Shown: piece after piece, positions 42,093 through 56,424 of the stretch | Layout: every line of letters starts with the position of its first letter | How positions within the stretch are numbered: position 1 is the stretch's first letter | Source of the DNA: Eledone cirrhosa | Lineage: Eukaryota | Direction: 5' to 3' | Length of the DNA stretch: 64,000 nt | Assembly (NCBI GenBank): GCA_964016885.1 | Contig: OZ024747.1 | Coordinates: forward strand, 51,956,001-52,020,000 | The notes under the pieces: generated by a model | What the model was told of the DNA's origin: nothing | The model's database searches: none | Seen by the model: the letters and a program-made list of their open reading frames with translations, nothing else | Program-made: the position numbers and the translations under genes

Positions 42093-42688
42093 GTCAGGTC
42101 ACCAGTTGGTGCTACTGGTAACATGTATCCCAGTACAACCTGTCCCATGGTCGGGTCGTTGACGACTAATGGCAACCCCACCAAGGTTTCTTGGTGAGGA
42201 GGGTGACTTTTGACATCCTGCAGGACTAAAAACAAAACCTGTCAAAGGGCAAATGAGCTCTTAAGAGTTAATGGCCATCCAAATTCACCGGGAGAGATGA
42301 CCCCTTAGCCTTTGTCAAGGCAGAATTCTAGGAGAAGGAAAACTCTGATATAACACCTGCAACCCTGATGGTATCCAATGATGTTGACTTGTTCTTCTTT
42401 TTGGTAAATATCATCTTGGTTAAGGGAGTGGGACTGGCTTTGTGCAGTGCCTTTGCTCACTATAAAAGCTTCACGGCACAGGCATTGCTTTATATCTGGA
42501 GATCTCTCTGCACTTGTCATCACATGGTACCATGTGCCCAGCACTATGTGTCAATGATTGTCACAAGTGTACCAGAGTTGTCAAGTCGCTGGTTGGACTA
42601 AAAAGTCACACTCGTTCAGCGCACCTGTAGGGGTTCTCCTACATGGATATAAAGTAGTGGCCGTACTCGAAAACTAATTGGCAGCCAC
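42093..42688 (+). mobile_element. Internally deleted RTE-like element (5' UTR joined to 3' end)
   Basis: 5' block shared with 58795-58981 (minus); decayed C2H2-like [12 protein letters not shown]; 3' stem-loop GGCCGTACTCG..GCAGCC; (TGTA)n on both sides. Confidence 0.55.
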
Positions 42689-42700
42689 CATGTATGTATG

Positions 42701-43825
<1,125 letters not shown>

Positions 43826-43953
43826 TCGTGTGTGTGTGTGTGTGTGGGGATATGTTTTTGTGTGTGTGTGTGTATATATATATGTATATTATTATTGTTG
43901 CTGTCGTTATTATTGTTGTTATTATTATTATTATTATTATTGTTATTGTTATT

Positions 43954-46900
43954 CCTTGAATCTCAGTCATTGATGTTGGTTAACTGGAAAGTCCGTTGGA
44001 TTGAATATCAAGCCACTACCTGCAGCCTCAGATATTCAGGACGTATCGGAGGGTTCTTGCCGTTCCAAGCAAGCATGCCTTTTGAAGCGTTCCAAAAAGC
44101 GTGAAGGGGCCGATTTTCTTTAACCATCCCTGGAAACCTTTGGAGATAGTCCCCAGTGCGCCTATGACAATCGGGATCACTTTGACTTCATGGCAGTTCC
44201 AAATCCTTTTCACCTCCCACTTTAGGTCCTGGTATCGGTTAATTTTCTCCCTCTCCTTCTCTTGCACTCTCGTGTCGAACGGGCAGGCCACATCCACAAT
44301 CAGGCACGATCTTTTTTCTTTGTCCACAACCACCAGGTCAGGTCTATTGTGTTCCAGTTTTTTGTCCGTCTGTATCCTAAAATCCCACAGCACCTTCACC
44401 TGACTGTTCTCCATCACCGCCTCTGGCCTATGCTCATACCATTTCTCAGAATGTGGTAGATTGTTTACTTTGCACAGGTGCCAGTGGATCACCCTGCCCA
44501 TCACATCGTGTCTCCAGCCCTTATAGTGGGTCTGGGCTAGGTGTTTACACTCGGACACAATGTGAGCCACAGTCTCCTCTCTCTCTCCACAGATCCTGCA
44601 CAGTGGGCTAGCCTCCTCCTTGTAGATATGGTGCTTCAACCACTTCGTTTTGAGGGCCTGCTCCTGCGCAGCCATTAGCATTCCTTCTGTAGCCTTTTTG
44701 AGGTCTCCTCTTCTCAACCAGTTCCATGTCTGTGGATCTCTAAATTCAGTTTTCTCAAAGAAGGTACTATGAAGGGATTTTCCCTTAAGGCTGCTCTTCC
44801 TCCTTGATGTTATTTCCTCCTTGGGTATCCCCTGGCCTACTCTCCCCTCCTTCAGTACAGCTCTGAGCATTGGCTCCTTACTATAGGTCACGTATTTGTA
44901 TAGGTTGTTTTTCTCCATCTGAACACAGTCCTCTATGCTGATAAGACCTCTTCCACCCTCAGATCTCCTTAGGTAGAGTCTATCGACATCACTCCTCTTG
45001 TGGAACATGTTGTAGATAGTCAATAGCTTCCTAGTCTTCCTATCCATTTCTTTTTGTTCAGCAACATTCCATCTCAGAATTCCCGCACTGTACCTAATAA
45101 TAGACACAGCTCGGGAATTTACTGCGCTTATGGCATTTCTGCTGTTCAGATGTGACTTCAATACGCTCCTTACTCTCCGAATGTATTCAGTTCTTAACAA
45201 TTCCTTCATTTTTTTGTTCTTTATGCCATCAGCCTCCAGAACGCCCAAATACTTGTATCCTTCCTCAGAGTCAATTTCCTTTATCATCTCACCTGTTGGT
45301 ATCTGGATCCCGTTACTTCTGCTCAACCTACCCCTCCTCATCACAATGACTCCACATTTACCAATACCAAACTGCATACATATATCACTGCTGAAAATAC
45401 GGACAGTGTCAACAAGCACATCCAACTCCTTCTCACTTTTCCCGAAGAGCTTAAGATCGTCCATGAAGAGGAGGTGATTGATGGTAAGCTCTCCCCTTCC
45501 CAACTTGTATCCTGCTCTCACTTTTCGCAGCATAATGGTCAAGGGCATCAGGGCAAGGACAAACAACAGAGGGGACAGGCTATCTCCCTGGAAGATACCT
45601 CTCTTGATCTTCACGCTTCCCAAGGATACTCCAGTTGATGTCAACTCTGTCTCCCAGGACCCCATACTCCTGCCCAGCAACTCTCTGATGTTATCTGCCA
45701 CCCTGAAGATCTCCAGGCTTTTGGTGATCCAGGAATGAGGCACCATGTCAAATGCCTTTCTGTAGTCTATCCATCCCATGGCAAGATCAGTGTGTCTCCT
45801 CCTGCAATTCCCCATTACCATCTTATCAATAAGCAACTGGTCCTTTGTACCACGTGACTTCTTTCGGCATCCTTTCTGTTCGTCCGGCAACAAGTTGTTT
45901 GTGTGGAGGTGATGGTAGATTTCCTCAGACACAATGCTCGTCAACAGTTTCCACATTACGGGCAGACATGTGATAGGTCTATAGTTGGTAACATCATTAC
46001 CCTTGATTCGGTCTTTCATTATCAGAACTGTGGTACCTTTTGTCAACCACTCTGGCACCTCACCCGACACCAAGCAGTCATTGAACATGGCCGTCAGCTT
46101 CGGGTGGAGGGATGTTAAATGTTTAATCCAATACCCCTGCACACCATCTGGGCCTGGTGATTTCCAGTTGGTTAGTTTTTTGGCTTGCCCCTTAAGAGTT
46201 TCAACTGTGATACTCAAATCAGTCTGTTGCTGTGCCTGCTCACCGATCTCCCTCTGTACTGTCTCAATCCACCCTGCCTGGGCATTGTGTCTAACATCCT
46301 GCTCCCATATTCCTCTCCAGAATGTTTTAGCTTGTTCCGCCCCAGGGATCAAGTCGGTGCCTCTTTCTTTCCCCTCAAGCTGTCCAAACAGCATCTTCTG
46401 GTTGTTGTCGAACATGCGGTTCTGTTTATACTGACTGACTCTGTTCTCGTATCGCCTGATTTTGGCACTCTTTGCTACAATGCGTTGCTTCAATTCCTCT
46501 ATGATAATATTTAGCTTTTTACTCCTAGTTTTGTATTTTATTTCCAGTCTATTTTTAGTGCCTATGTTTTTTAGTGTCCCATTCAGTAGTGACTCAAGCT
46601 TTCCTATGTCATTTCTCATTTCCCCGATTTGCCCACTCAGTCGCTTCTTCCACCACGGCTCTGCTCTTTCTTGTCTGTTGTTTCCTCTCGCTTTTATACC
46701 AAGTAGTTTCCTCACCGTATTTGCTGTTGCTTTGAGGATATTGTTGCACTGGTGAAGACTCCTCGCCTCAAGGTATGGGATGACTTTGTTTACCTTAGCT
46801 GTTGTTTCTTTTAACTTTTTCCTGTCTACAAATCTTAGGTTCATAGGTCTCCCACTATCATTGTTCAACTCATCTACCACTAAATTTAGGATGTCAACCG

Positions 46901-47535
46901 AATCTTGTCCTAGCCCGTCAGCATTCATCTCCTCAGTGGCCGTATCTCTGTTCCAGGTATTATTTATCTCAGTATTCAGATCATTGTCTGCTTCGGGTGG
47001 TTCCTCCGCTCTCAGGACCTCCTCACCTTCATTTCCCGCCGGCTCGCTTGTCTGGCATACTACACCCGCCATCTCCAAGCCATTCTCTCTGCTCAGTTCC
47101 TCCAGTTCCAGCTCGCTTATCCACCCATTAGTTCTTATTACCCGAGCCTGCCCGGCCAATTTTTGTTCATCTAATTTAAATAAACCAATCTCGTTCCAGA
47201 TGTTATGCATCCGTCTCCTGTAGCCCCTCTCCTTGGGGTTACTTTTCAGGTAGCATTGCATAACAGTTCTATTCAATTCTTTCGTCCAGTTGGTTCTGGC
47301 CCCTTTCCTTCTTCTTCTTCCTCCAACATCAGCAGTATTTCGTTGACAGTCAGGTTCCTGCTGCTGAGCCAGGGGGCACCTGTTGGGTGAGAGTCTGTCA
47401 CATGACGTTCTAGTCTCCATTTCACCGTTATTCGAACTGTTTATGTTCGATATTTAAACACTCTTATCGAGGATTGGCGAATGTATGTTTACATAGCCAT
47501 CTGTGGATCCGCCATCCCACTTGGCCCTTGTGTGG

Positions 47536-47537
<2 letters not shown>
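43954..47537 (-). mobile_element. Full-length R4/Dong-clade retrotransposon, copy B, inside a (TAA)n tract
   Basis: Reverse complement of 20431-24014; (TTA)n on both sides. Confidence 0.95.
44028..47420 (-). CDS. 1130-aa RT + CCHC + RLE protein
   Basis: Same protein as copy A except Q->E (NIRQLL/NIRELL; nt 22285 vs 45683). Confidence 0.96.
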   Translation of the reverse strand: METRTSCDRLSPNRCPLAQQQEPDCQRNTADVGGRRRRKGARTNWTKELNRTVMQCYLKSNPKERGYRRRMHNIWNEIGLFKLDEQKLAGQARVIRTNGWISELELEELSRENGLEMAGVVCQTSEPAGNEGEEVLRAEEPPEADNDLNTEINNTWNRDTATEEMNADGLGQDSVDILNLVVDELNNDSGRPMNLRFVDRKKLKETTAKVNKVIPYLEARSLHQCNNILKATANTVRKLLGIKARGNNRQERAEPWWKKRLSGQIGEMRNDIGKLESLLNGTLKNIGTKNRLEIKYKTRSKKLNIIIEELKQRIVAKSAKIRRYENRVSQYKQNRMFDNNQKMLFGQLEGKERGTDLIPGAEQAKTFWRGIWEQDVRHNAQAGWIETVQREIGEQAQQQTDLSITVETLKGQAKKLTNWKSPGPDGVQGYWIKHLTSLHPKLTAMFNDCLVSGEVPEWLTKGTTVLIMKDRIKGNDVTNYRPITCLPVMWKLLTSIVSEEIYHHLHTNNLLPDEQKGCRKKSRGTKDQLLIDKMVMGNCRRRHTDLAMGWIDYRKAFDMVPHSWITKSLEIFRVADNIRELLGRSMGSWETELTSTGVSLGSVKIKRGIFQGDSLSPLLFVLALMPLTIMLRKVRAGYKLGRGELTINHLLFMDDLKLFGKSEKELDVLVDTVRIFSSDICMQFGIGKCGVIVMRRGRLSRSNGIQIPTGEMIKEIDSEEGYKYLGVLEADGIKNKKMKELLRTEYIRRVRSVLKSHLNSRNAISAVNSRAVSIIRYSAGILRWNVAEQKEMDRKTRKLLTIYNMFHKRSDVDRLYLRRSEGGRGLISIEDCVQMEKNNLYKYVTYSKEPMLRAVLKEGRVGQGIPKEEITSRRKSSLKGKSLHSTFFEKTEFRDPQTWNWLRRGDLKKATEGMLMAAQEQALKTKWLKHHIYKEEASPLCRICGEREETVAHIVSECKHLAQTHYKGWRHDVMGRVIHWHLCKVNNLPHSEKWYEHRPEAVMENSQVKVLWDFRIQTDKKLEHNRPDLVVVDKEKRSCLIVDVACPFDTRVQEKEREKINRYQDLKWEVKRIWNCHEVKVIPIVIGALGTISKGFQGWLKKIGPFTLFGTLQKACLLGTARTLRYVLNI

Positions 47538-47589
<52 letters not shown>

Positions 47590-47641
47590 GTTTTTTTTAT
47601 TCTCGTGCAATGGCCATACTCGATAACGAGGGAGCGGCCAT

Positions 47642-47752
<111 letters not shown>

Positions 47753-48036
47753 AATAGTAGAAATAACATAATTGAGAGGAGATAAACTGAAACTATGAAG
47801 TGTTACATGGATATTTCTGGAACATTACAAAATGCGATATGGAATTTGTCAAAATTTGAGATGGTCGGCTTGATGTGATTAAAACGAAATTAAATTATTT
47901 AATTTAATTTAATTTGATTAAGCGAATTAATAGCTTCATTTGTATCTAAGATCAGTGAATCGCTCCCTCACTCTCCCATTTATCTCGCCAACAGCATCGC
48001 GAAACAATGGTATTTGCTTTCTATCTATCTAGAAAT

Positions 48037-48122
<86 letters not shown>

Positions 48123-48315
48123 CTCTCTCATTCGCTATATCGATCTATCCCTTCCAATCCCCTATTTTCTCTCAAACTCTCCCTAATCGATTCATCCAGT
48201 TGGAACGCTAATAGAATCTTCTCGACCAATACCAACTTGCGTGAGTTCTCACCCAATTGTAACTACGTTAATTTAACGTTATCATCTATAAATTAGCACC
48301 ACTTCTTCTGATGGT

Positions 48316-48675
48316 TCTTCTTCTTCTTCTTCTTCTTCTTCTTCTTCTTCTGCTTCTTCTTCTTCTTCTTCTTCTTCTTCTTCTTCTTCTTCTTCTTCTT
48401 CTTCTTCTTCTTCTTCTTCTTCTTCTTCTTCTTCTTCTTCTTCTTCTTCTTCTATCAGTTGTCGTTGCTGTAGTTATTGTTGTTGTTGTTGATGTTGTTG
48501 TAGCCGCTGTTCGTTTCGTTGTGGTGCTGCTGGTGGTTTTGGTGGTTTTCGCTGAGGTCGTTGTTGTTGTTGTTGTGGTTGTTGTTGTTGTTGTTGTCAT
48601 TGTTATATTTATTGATCTTGAAGTTGTCACTGTTGTCAATGGTGTAGTTATTTTTGTTGTTATTGTCGTTCTTGT
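48316..48675. repeat. (CTT)n and (GTT)n tracts
   Basis: Direct reading. Confidence 0.95.
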
Positions 48676-48708
48676 TATAATTTTGGAGGGCTTCAAAGAA
48701 AATGACCG

Positions 48709-48795
<87 letters not shown>

Positions 48796-49964
48796 TAGGG
48801 AGAAAACGACGATTATCAGGAAGAAAAAAAAATGTTTTCCCTTTTATTTTATTCTCTTTTTTCTGGGTTAGAAAATGTTAAGCTATTAGTTAAATTATTT
48901 ATTAATTAACAATGGAATTTATTTATTTATTTATATATTTAATAATTGTCTATTACCGGTTTCAGCATTTTATGCATTATCAAAGGTGGGAATTTATATT
49001 GGTGTAAAATGTTGGTGATGTTGAACATGTTAAGGAAATGGTGAAGAAAGAATAATGTTATTTACAAACAAGGTATATATACATACATATATGCATACAC
49101 ACACACAGATATATATGTATATATATTTACACACACACACACACACACATATATATAATACATTATATATATATGTGTGTGTGTGTAACACGACATATTG
49201 TCTTCTCGCTTTTATTCGTTCTAGCAGTAATTTTTTTTATTTTTTACGTTTACATTAATTTTATATTTATATTCACATATTTCTTCTTTTATTTCAAAGT
49301 ATGGTTGTTAGAATTTTGTTTGTCCTATTATTTTGTTGTTGTTGTCTTGTTTGTTTTTTATTGTTGTTGTTGAACATTTTGATATTAAAATTTTGATCTA
49401 GAATATTTCGTAGATAAACGATTTAAACGGCTGTCGACTGACACACTTTCCCTTTCAAACATTGATTTCATATTCTCCTTGTCTCATACTCTCACCACTA
49501 CCCACCTCAATTTCTTACACTCTCTATTACTCTCTATTGTAGCTTCTCTTTCTATCCCTCTCTTTTTCTATGTCTCTCTCTCTCTTCTTCTGTTTCTCTC
49601 TCTCCCACTCCACCTCCTCTCTCTCTCTCTCTCTCTTTGATTCTCTTTATTTCTCTTTCCCCTTCTCTCTCTTTCTTTCTACTGCTCATTTTCTCTCCCC
49701 CTCTCTCTCTCTCTCTCTTCATCAGTAACAAAGTTATGTTTGCACCCTTCTATTCCCCCTCTTCACTCTGTTCTTTCTCTCTTCTCTCTTCTCTCTTCTC
49801 TCTTCTCTCTTCTCTCTTCCCCCTTCTCCCCCTTCTATTTATTATAGAGACGCCCTCATCACATCTCTTTCACTCTCTGTCTCTCTCGCTATCTAAAACA
49901 GCCATTCTCGGCTTCATTTTTCCATATCTCTTCTTTCTCATCGCTTTCCTTTCCTTCCTCCACA

Positions 49965-50097
<133 letters not shown>

Positions 50098-50152
50098 GGG
50101 AGGGTGTATGTGTGTGTATCGGTGTATGTATACATTTATTTATGTATGCATG

Positions 50153-50219
<67 letters not shown>

Positions 50220-50220
<1 letters not shown>

Positions 50221-50411
50221 ACGAAGGAAATGTGGTAAGGAACCAGGTGGACCATAACGCACCAAAGTACTCAATACTTATGGTAGTAGAGTGGGTAATA
50301 GGAACGAGTAGGACCCCGACGGCTGAGCTCAAGCCGTTTCGACGGCTAATTCTGGACTGAATTAGCCGTCGAAACGGCTTGAGCTCAGCCGTCGGGGTCC
50401 TACTCGTTCCT

Positions 50412-50412
<1 letters not shown>
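50220..50412. mobile_element. Fold-back element, copy 3 of 4
   Basis: Same layout; shorter centre TGGACT. Confidence 0.85.
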
Positions 50413-50446
<34 letters not shown>

Positions 50447-52042
50447 ATTTACATCTAAATCTACCCGTCCATCCCAATGAAGTTCTCTCTATCTATCTCT
50501 TTCCCAATCTATATATCTATGAGTTTATAAATACATTTTATAAATAGATATTATAAATACATTATGTATATGAAATGATACATTTTAAGTAGACCAGTCA
50601 TGGGTAAATGGCACGCCTAACGAAATATTATCTTCAATTTTTTTTCTCTAATTGTGTGGCCCACCTTGTGTTCAGACATATCTCATACTGTCCACTGTTC
50701 GAAACATAGTGCCCATGGTCGATATGAGCCTGCAACAACTAAAAACCAACGCTATTTTTAGCTGTAAGTGTTGGACTAATAAGCAATACATAGATTTCAT
50801 CATTATACATTTAAAACATTAATATAAATGCGTATGATTCTCAATGTTCACCTAGTTTTTGAAACGACAATTTTAAAATCCCTATGCTAAAGACTTAGAA
50901 TTTACTCAAAATAAAGCAATATTGTACCACGAAGAAATTAATGAAAAGTGGATACTGAAATAATTTAGTTGTGTAAAGTATACAGTAAAATAAAAACAAA
51001 GTCAGCACAACAACAACAACAACTCATTGTATTCACATATAAAACTATACATAAAGTGTATTACATATAAACCAAATAGCTGCTGGCTATAGAAGAGTTG
51101 AAAACGTTATCACAAAAAGCCATTAAATAGAAATACAACATGCATTACACTCCATCATAAACTAGAAGTAATCATATATTTACAATACAAGAACATGAAA
51201 AATTAAAGATCTCACCAACAACACACAACAAACTAGCCAAACCATAAACTAACCAACAAGCCACCTAAAATTTCTTCAGATGATTAATGTAATTTGTAAA
51301 TTCAGATGAAAACATGAAAGTTGTAAACTTTATGACTCTAAGACATAGATGTACCAAATGTTCTGTTTAATTGACTATCCACCCTAAACTACGGCACCAC
51401 CAAATGAGGGGTGAGGATGGTATGGCATTACATAACACAAGTATGAAAGTTGTAAGTTTCAAGACACCAGAAGTTCCCTCGGCGAGTAGAAGGCTTTCTC
51501 GTTGACTATTAAACACTGAGACGATAAACAGAAGAGACCATAGTTGCTAAAGTAATCATCATATATAGAATTAAAATACCACTAACTACATCAAACTAGA
51601 GAATTAATTAAGATTTGGCTAAACATTCATAAACAACAATTAATTTGTATCGCAGCAGCTGCTAACAGGAATTAATTTCTTCTTCGTGTTCTACGCTGTC
51701 TCGTGTGAGTAAGACGACCAGAAATTCTGATGACGTACTAACATACTTGTCTTAGCATTTAAACTTGGCGTAGCACATCTCTGTCTGGTTAGAATGGTAA
51801 AGAGGTACAAGCCCAAAGTGACAGGTTTTAATTACAAGAAGTGCCATGTAAGCGTAGAATGTATTATTAACACTTCTTCAAGAGTACAGGAGTGCAGAGA
51901 TAAGGTTCATATATACATATGTGTGTGTGTGTGTGTGTGTGCGAATGAGTGTGTATATGTATGTTCACTTTTTTTTTATATATCCATGCTTATACATATA
52001 TTTATACAATCCATCCATGCATACAACCATACAAACATACAT

Positions 52043-52075
<33 letters not shown>

Positions 52076-52086
52076 GGCACACACAC

Positions 52087-52117
<31 letters not shown>

Positions 52118-52121
52118 GGAA

Positions 52122-52333
52122 CGATCGACTTTCGTCAAATCGGACCGGGGAAACAATGTTTTCGTCGGTCTTTCCAGTTGCTAATACTATCTATCGGTCG
52201 CAACTCCAGGTAGAAGGAGCAACGTGAAATAAAGTGTCTTGCTCAAGGACATAACGCATCGCCCGGTCCAGGGATCGAACTCACAATCTCAAGATTGTGA
52301 ATCCAATTCTCTAACCACTCAGCCACACGCCTT
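52122..52333 (-). mobile_element. CORE-like tRNA SINE (family B)
   Basis: A box TGGCTGAGTGG, B box GTTCGATCC; similar to 38069. Confidence 0.85.
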
Positions 52334-52705
52334 CACATATATATATATATATTTTGAGTATATGTTGGTTGTAAATGATTCCAGTTCCACAGTGAAATAA
52401 CAACCCAACCAGGAACTGGGCATATCAGAGTATTGACAAAAGTATACAACTCAACAACATATGTACTTGTCTATACCACACTAATTCGGACTGCTTGAAG
52501 AGGTCACAGCCAAAGATGGCTGTCACCGAAATATATAAAGCAGTAATAAACGAAGCTAAATTTTAAACATTTGACTTTTTATTTAACTTTATTTTATATA
52601 TATATATATATATATATAGGTAAGTTAATCCGGGTTGAATCGGAGGTAACCACAGTAAGTAAGGTACTCAATATATAGCAGAGTATAAAAGTTTTAATAT
52701 AGATG

Positions 52706-52756
52706 AGATTCTACAGGACAAGGACTGTTTCATTCTTCAGAAATCATCAGGAATCT
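52706..52756 (-). ncRNA. Complete type-I hammerhead ribozyme
   Basis: AGATTC-CTGATGA-T.TTC[tgaa]GAA.T-GAAA-CAG[tccttgtc]CTG-TA|GAATCT; 6-bp stem I; lies in a PLE-like 3' fragment (~52618-53180). Confidence 0.8.
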
Positions 52757-53182
52757 GGCTTTCCAAAAATAAAGGTAGTGGTATTTATATCTTTTCAGGT
52801 GGTAGGAGAGGGTTGGGAGTGGGATGGGTGGAGGTCATTGGTTGAAAGAAAAGGGAATTCATTAAAAGCTAACTCTTTAAGTCTATAGTTTATAATTAGA
52901 GTGACAAAGGCAGAAAGGATTCTATAAACAGGTTCAGAATGGGGTGCCACTCCTTATTTTTAAGTATCTCTTATGCTAACAATGCCTATATTTCAGGTGT
53001 GTACAAGGTGGTTGTGGATGGGTCATGGTTGATGGATTTAAAGAAAAGGGAAATTCTTTAAAAGCTAATTTTTAAAGCTCTACTTAGAGTGACAAAGGCC
53101 AAGATTCTATAAACCAGTTCAAAATATTGGGTGTCTATCATTATTGTCATATTTCGCTTAAGCTATATTCCAGGTGTCAACA

Positions 53183-53310
<128 letters not shown>

Positions 53311-53390
53311 TATATACATACATATACATACATAAACATACACGCATACATACACATATATATAACACATATATTCACATACATATATAT

Positions 53391-54020
53391 ATATTGTTAT
53401 ATTTGGGGAGGGTCATATTTGCGTAATATTGCCAGAATTAATAACAGAACACACTCACTGTTTGGTTGGTTTTCGCTTCTCGCTGTCTTTTATATATATA
53501 TATCTGCGATCTAACTTACTCGGTCCTCAATGTTGCCATTGACTGACCGGCGGTCAAAAATAATACAGATACAATATAGACAAACACATATATATATAGT
53601 TTACATAAATCTTTCGTTGCACATCTGCAACATCGTCAGTGGTGTTATATTCATTGTTCCTCCTGTTGTGTTGTATGTCTACGCCATTTTTTTTGTTCAG
53701 TTTGTCTATATGAACAAAAAAAAATGGCGTAGACATACAACACAACAGGAGGAACAATGAATATAACACCACTGACGATGTTGCAGATGTGCAACGAAAG
53801 ATTTATGTAAACTATATATATATGTGTTTGTCTATATTGTATCTGTATTATTTTTGACCGCCGGTCAGTCAATGGCAACATTGAGGACCGAGTAAGTTAG
53901 ATCGCAGATATATATATATAAAAGACAGCGAGAAGCGAAAACCAACCAAACAGTGAGTGTGTTCTGTTATTAATTCTGGCAATATTACGCAAATATGACC
54001 CTCCCCAAATATAACAATAT
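53391..54020. repeat. 630-bp near-perfect palindrome (309/310-bp arms, 11-nt loop)
   Basis: 53391-53699 is the reverse complement of 53711-54020; only a T8/A9 difference noticed. Confidence 0.95.
53765..53828 (+). ncRNA. Hammerhead core in right arm (mirror on minus strand ~53583-53645)
   Basis: CTGACGA(53772-78)-T-GTTGCA[gatg]TGCAAC-GAAA-G.TTTA[tg]TAAA-CTA; stem I interrupted by (TA)n. Confidence 0.65.
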
Positions 54021-54058
54021 CTGTTTCGACACACGATTTCATATAAAAAACCTCGCAA

Positions 54059-54130
<72 letters not shown>

Positions 54131-54546
54131 TACATATATATGTATATGTATATATATATATGAATGGAATAGAATGAAACGAAATTTCATTTCTCACTCT
54201 TAGTACGGCACTTACTTAAATGTAAGTATGTATGTATGTATATGTACATACATATATGTATACAGACGTACAGTAGTATGTATATATATACATACATGCA
54301 CACATATATATATGCACGTATCGGTTTACCGAACATTTATTATAATGCTCGGTTTGAGCCCGAATTACGCCGTACAGTGTTTAGGCAACCACGTCACCTT
54401 TTTTGTTCAACAGTGACACAGGTACGATGTACTAGTTTCAAGCTTATTAGCTATCGTCAGCATCGTATACCTTCCTGCCAGATGGTTGAACGTCTGAAAG
54501 TATATACTTTCCTTATGCATATTAACGGCTGAGCAGCCTAATTTGC

Positions 54547-54622
<76 letters not shown>

Positions 54623-54629
54623 TTGCAAT

Positions 54630-55319
54630 TAAGTATAATGAAAAATAAAAGTTACGGGCGAAATAGGGCAATAGCCATCGTCAGTTGTCTGCTAGGAATC
54701 ATAGATATCTCTTATCGATATTACCCTCTTTCGCCCGTGACTTATTTTTCATTATACTTAAATGCAACCACACAGCTTGCCCTTTTATTCATAAAACCTT
54801 CCTTCTCCGCTGTGACCGTCTCTTTTCTCTCCCCTTGTTGCAATCCTCTCTCTCCCCCTTCTCTCTCCTTCTCCCTCTTCTGCTAATCACCTTCTCTCGG
54901 CTAGCCTGCCACTATAACTATCTCTTTCTCGCTTCCTCTTACTTTCACTCACTCCCTCTCTGCTAGTCACCCTCTCTTCGCTAGCTCACTTCCTCCCTCG
55001 TCCGCCACTGTAAGCAGCCTCTTGCTAACACGGCTACAGTGAAGACATTTTTCTCTCTTGGCAAACTCGCCGGTTCTTACGTTCGAAATGAGTTGTTGAC
55101 TTCATATTTTTCCTATTTTTCCTCTCTTTACGTTGCTTCACCCTTCGTGTGTTTACAATTCCCCTGCCCCTTTTTTTAATCCCAATAACTTATTTTAGTT
55201 ATTGTTCGCCCTAGACTGAGGTATCTTGTCTCTAATACGAAGAAATACCAATGATTCCTAGCAGACAACTGACGATGGATATTGTCCTCTTTCGCCCGTA
55301 ACTTTTATTTTTCATTATA
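54630..55319. mobile_element. Element bounded by 69-bp inverted repeats plus an internal direct copy
   Basis: 54634-54702 vs 55251-55319 (3 mismatches); third partial copy 54717-54760. Confidence 0.75.
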
Positions 55320-55328
55320 TATGTATAT

Positions 55329-55479
55329 ATGCTTTGACGCATAGAGTTACGGCCCTTGCCATTCTGAGTTCAAATCCCGCCGAGGTTAACTTTGCCTTTC
55401 ATCCTTACGGGGTCGATAAAATAAAGTACCAGTAATGTACTGGGTAATTGCTGGCCTTGTGCCAAACGTAGAAACAATT
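55329..55479 (+). mobile_element. SINE family A, 5'-truncated
   Basis: B box and body. Confidence 0.85.
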
Positions 55480-55480
55480 A

Positions 55481-55527
<47 letters not shown>

Positions 55528-55529
<2 letters not shown>

Positions 55530-55725
55530 CGAAGGAAATGTGGTAAGGAACCAGGTGGACCATAACGCACAAAAGTACTCAATACTTAGGGTAGTAGAGT
55601 GGGTAATAGGAACGAGTAGGACCCCGACGGCTGAGCTCAAGCCGTTTCGACGGCTAATTCTGGATTCTGAGTCCAGAATTAGCCGTCGAAACGGCTTGAG
55701 CTCAGCCGTCGGGGTCCTACTCGTT

Positions 55726-55728
<3 letters not shown>
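55528..55728. mobile_element. Fold-back element, copy 4 of 4
   Basis: Same layout; centre CTGGATTCTGAGTCCAG. Confidence 0.85.
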
Positions 55729-55796
<68 letters not shown>

Positions 55797-55935
55797 AAAG
55801 ATGGAACGGGAACAAAGAGGCAGTACAAAGGTTTATTAGTTTCACGCTCTTGATATATATATATATATGTGTATGTATATATATATATCTATAATTGTGA
55901 TTATTCATGTTTATTTATGTTTATCAATTTCTATT

Positions 55936-55975
<40 letters not shown>

Positions 55976-56263
55976 GAGGTGACCACCTGCTGAGCACGTG
56001 TTGCAGTGCAAGTTATATAATGTCTGCAGATATTACCTGACTGCTGTGAATATTAAGTGCAGTTGTAACTATTATAAACAGACTGTCCTGGTTTATATAT
56101 AAAAATATCATTATCACACGTAGCCTGACTAACATATATACGGGTATATATATACACTTTGAGATGTAGGGTTGTATTTGTAACGTACAAATCTTGTAAT
56201 ATCATTGAGTAAGTGACCGGCAGAGCTGTATGAATTCTCTTCGACTAGCTTCGTGAACCAATG

Positions 56264-56364
<101 letters not shown>

Positions 56365-56424
56365 GTGTGTGTGTGTATACATATATATATATAAGATTAA
56401 AAGATGGTTAAAAGAGTTCCATGT

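Noticed and set aside
51727-51760. CTGATGA hammerhead candidate
   Set aside because: No stem II/GAAA downstream.
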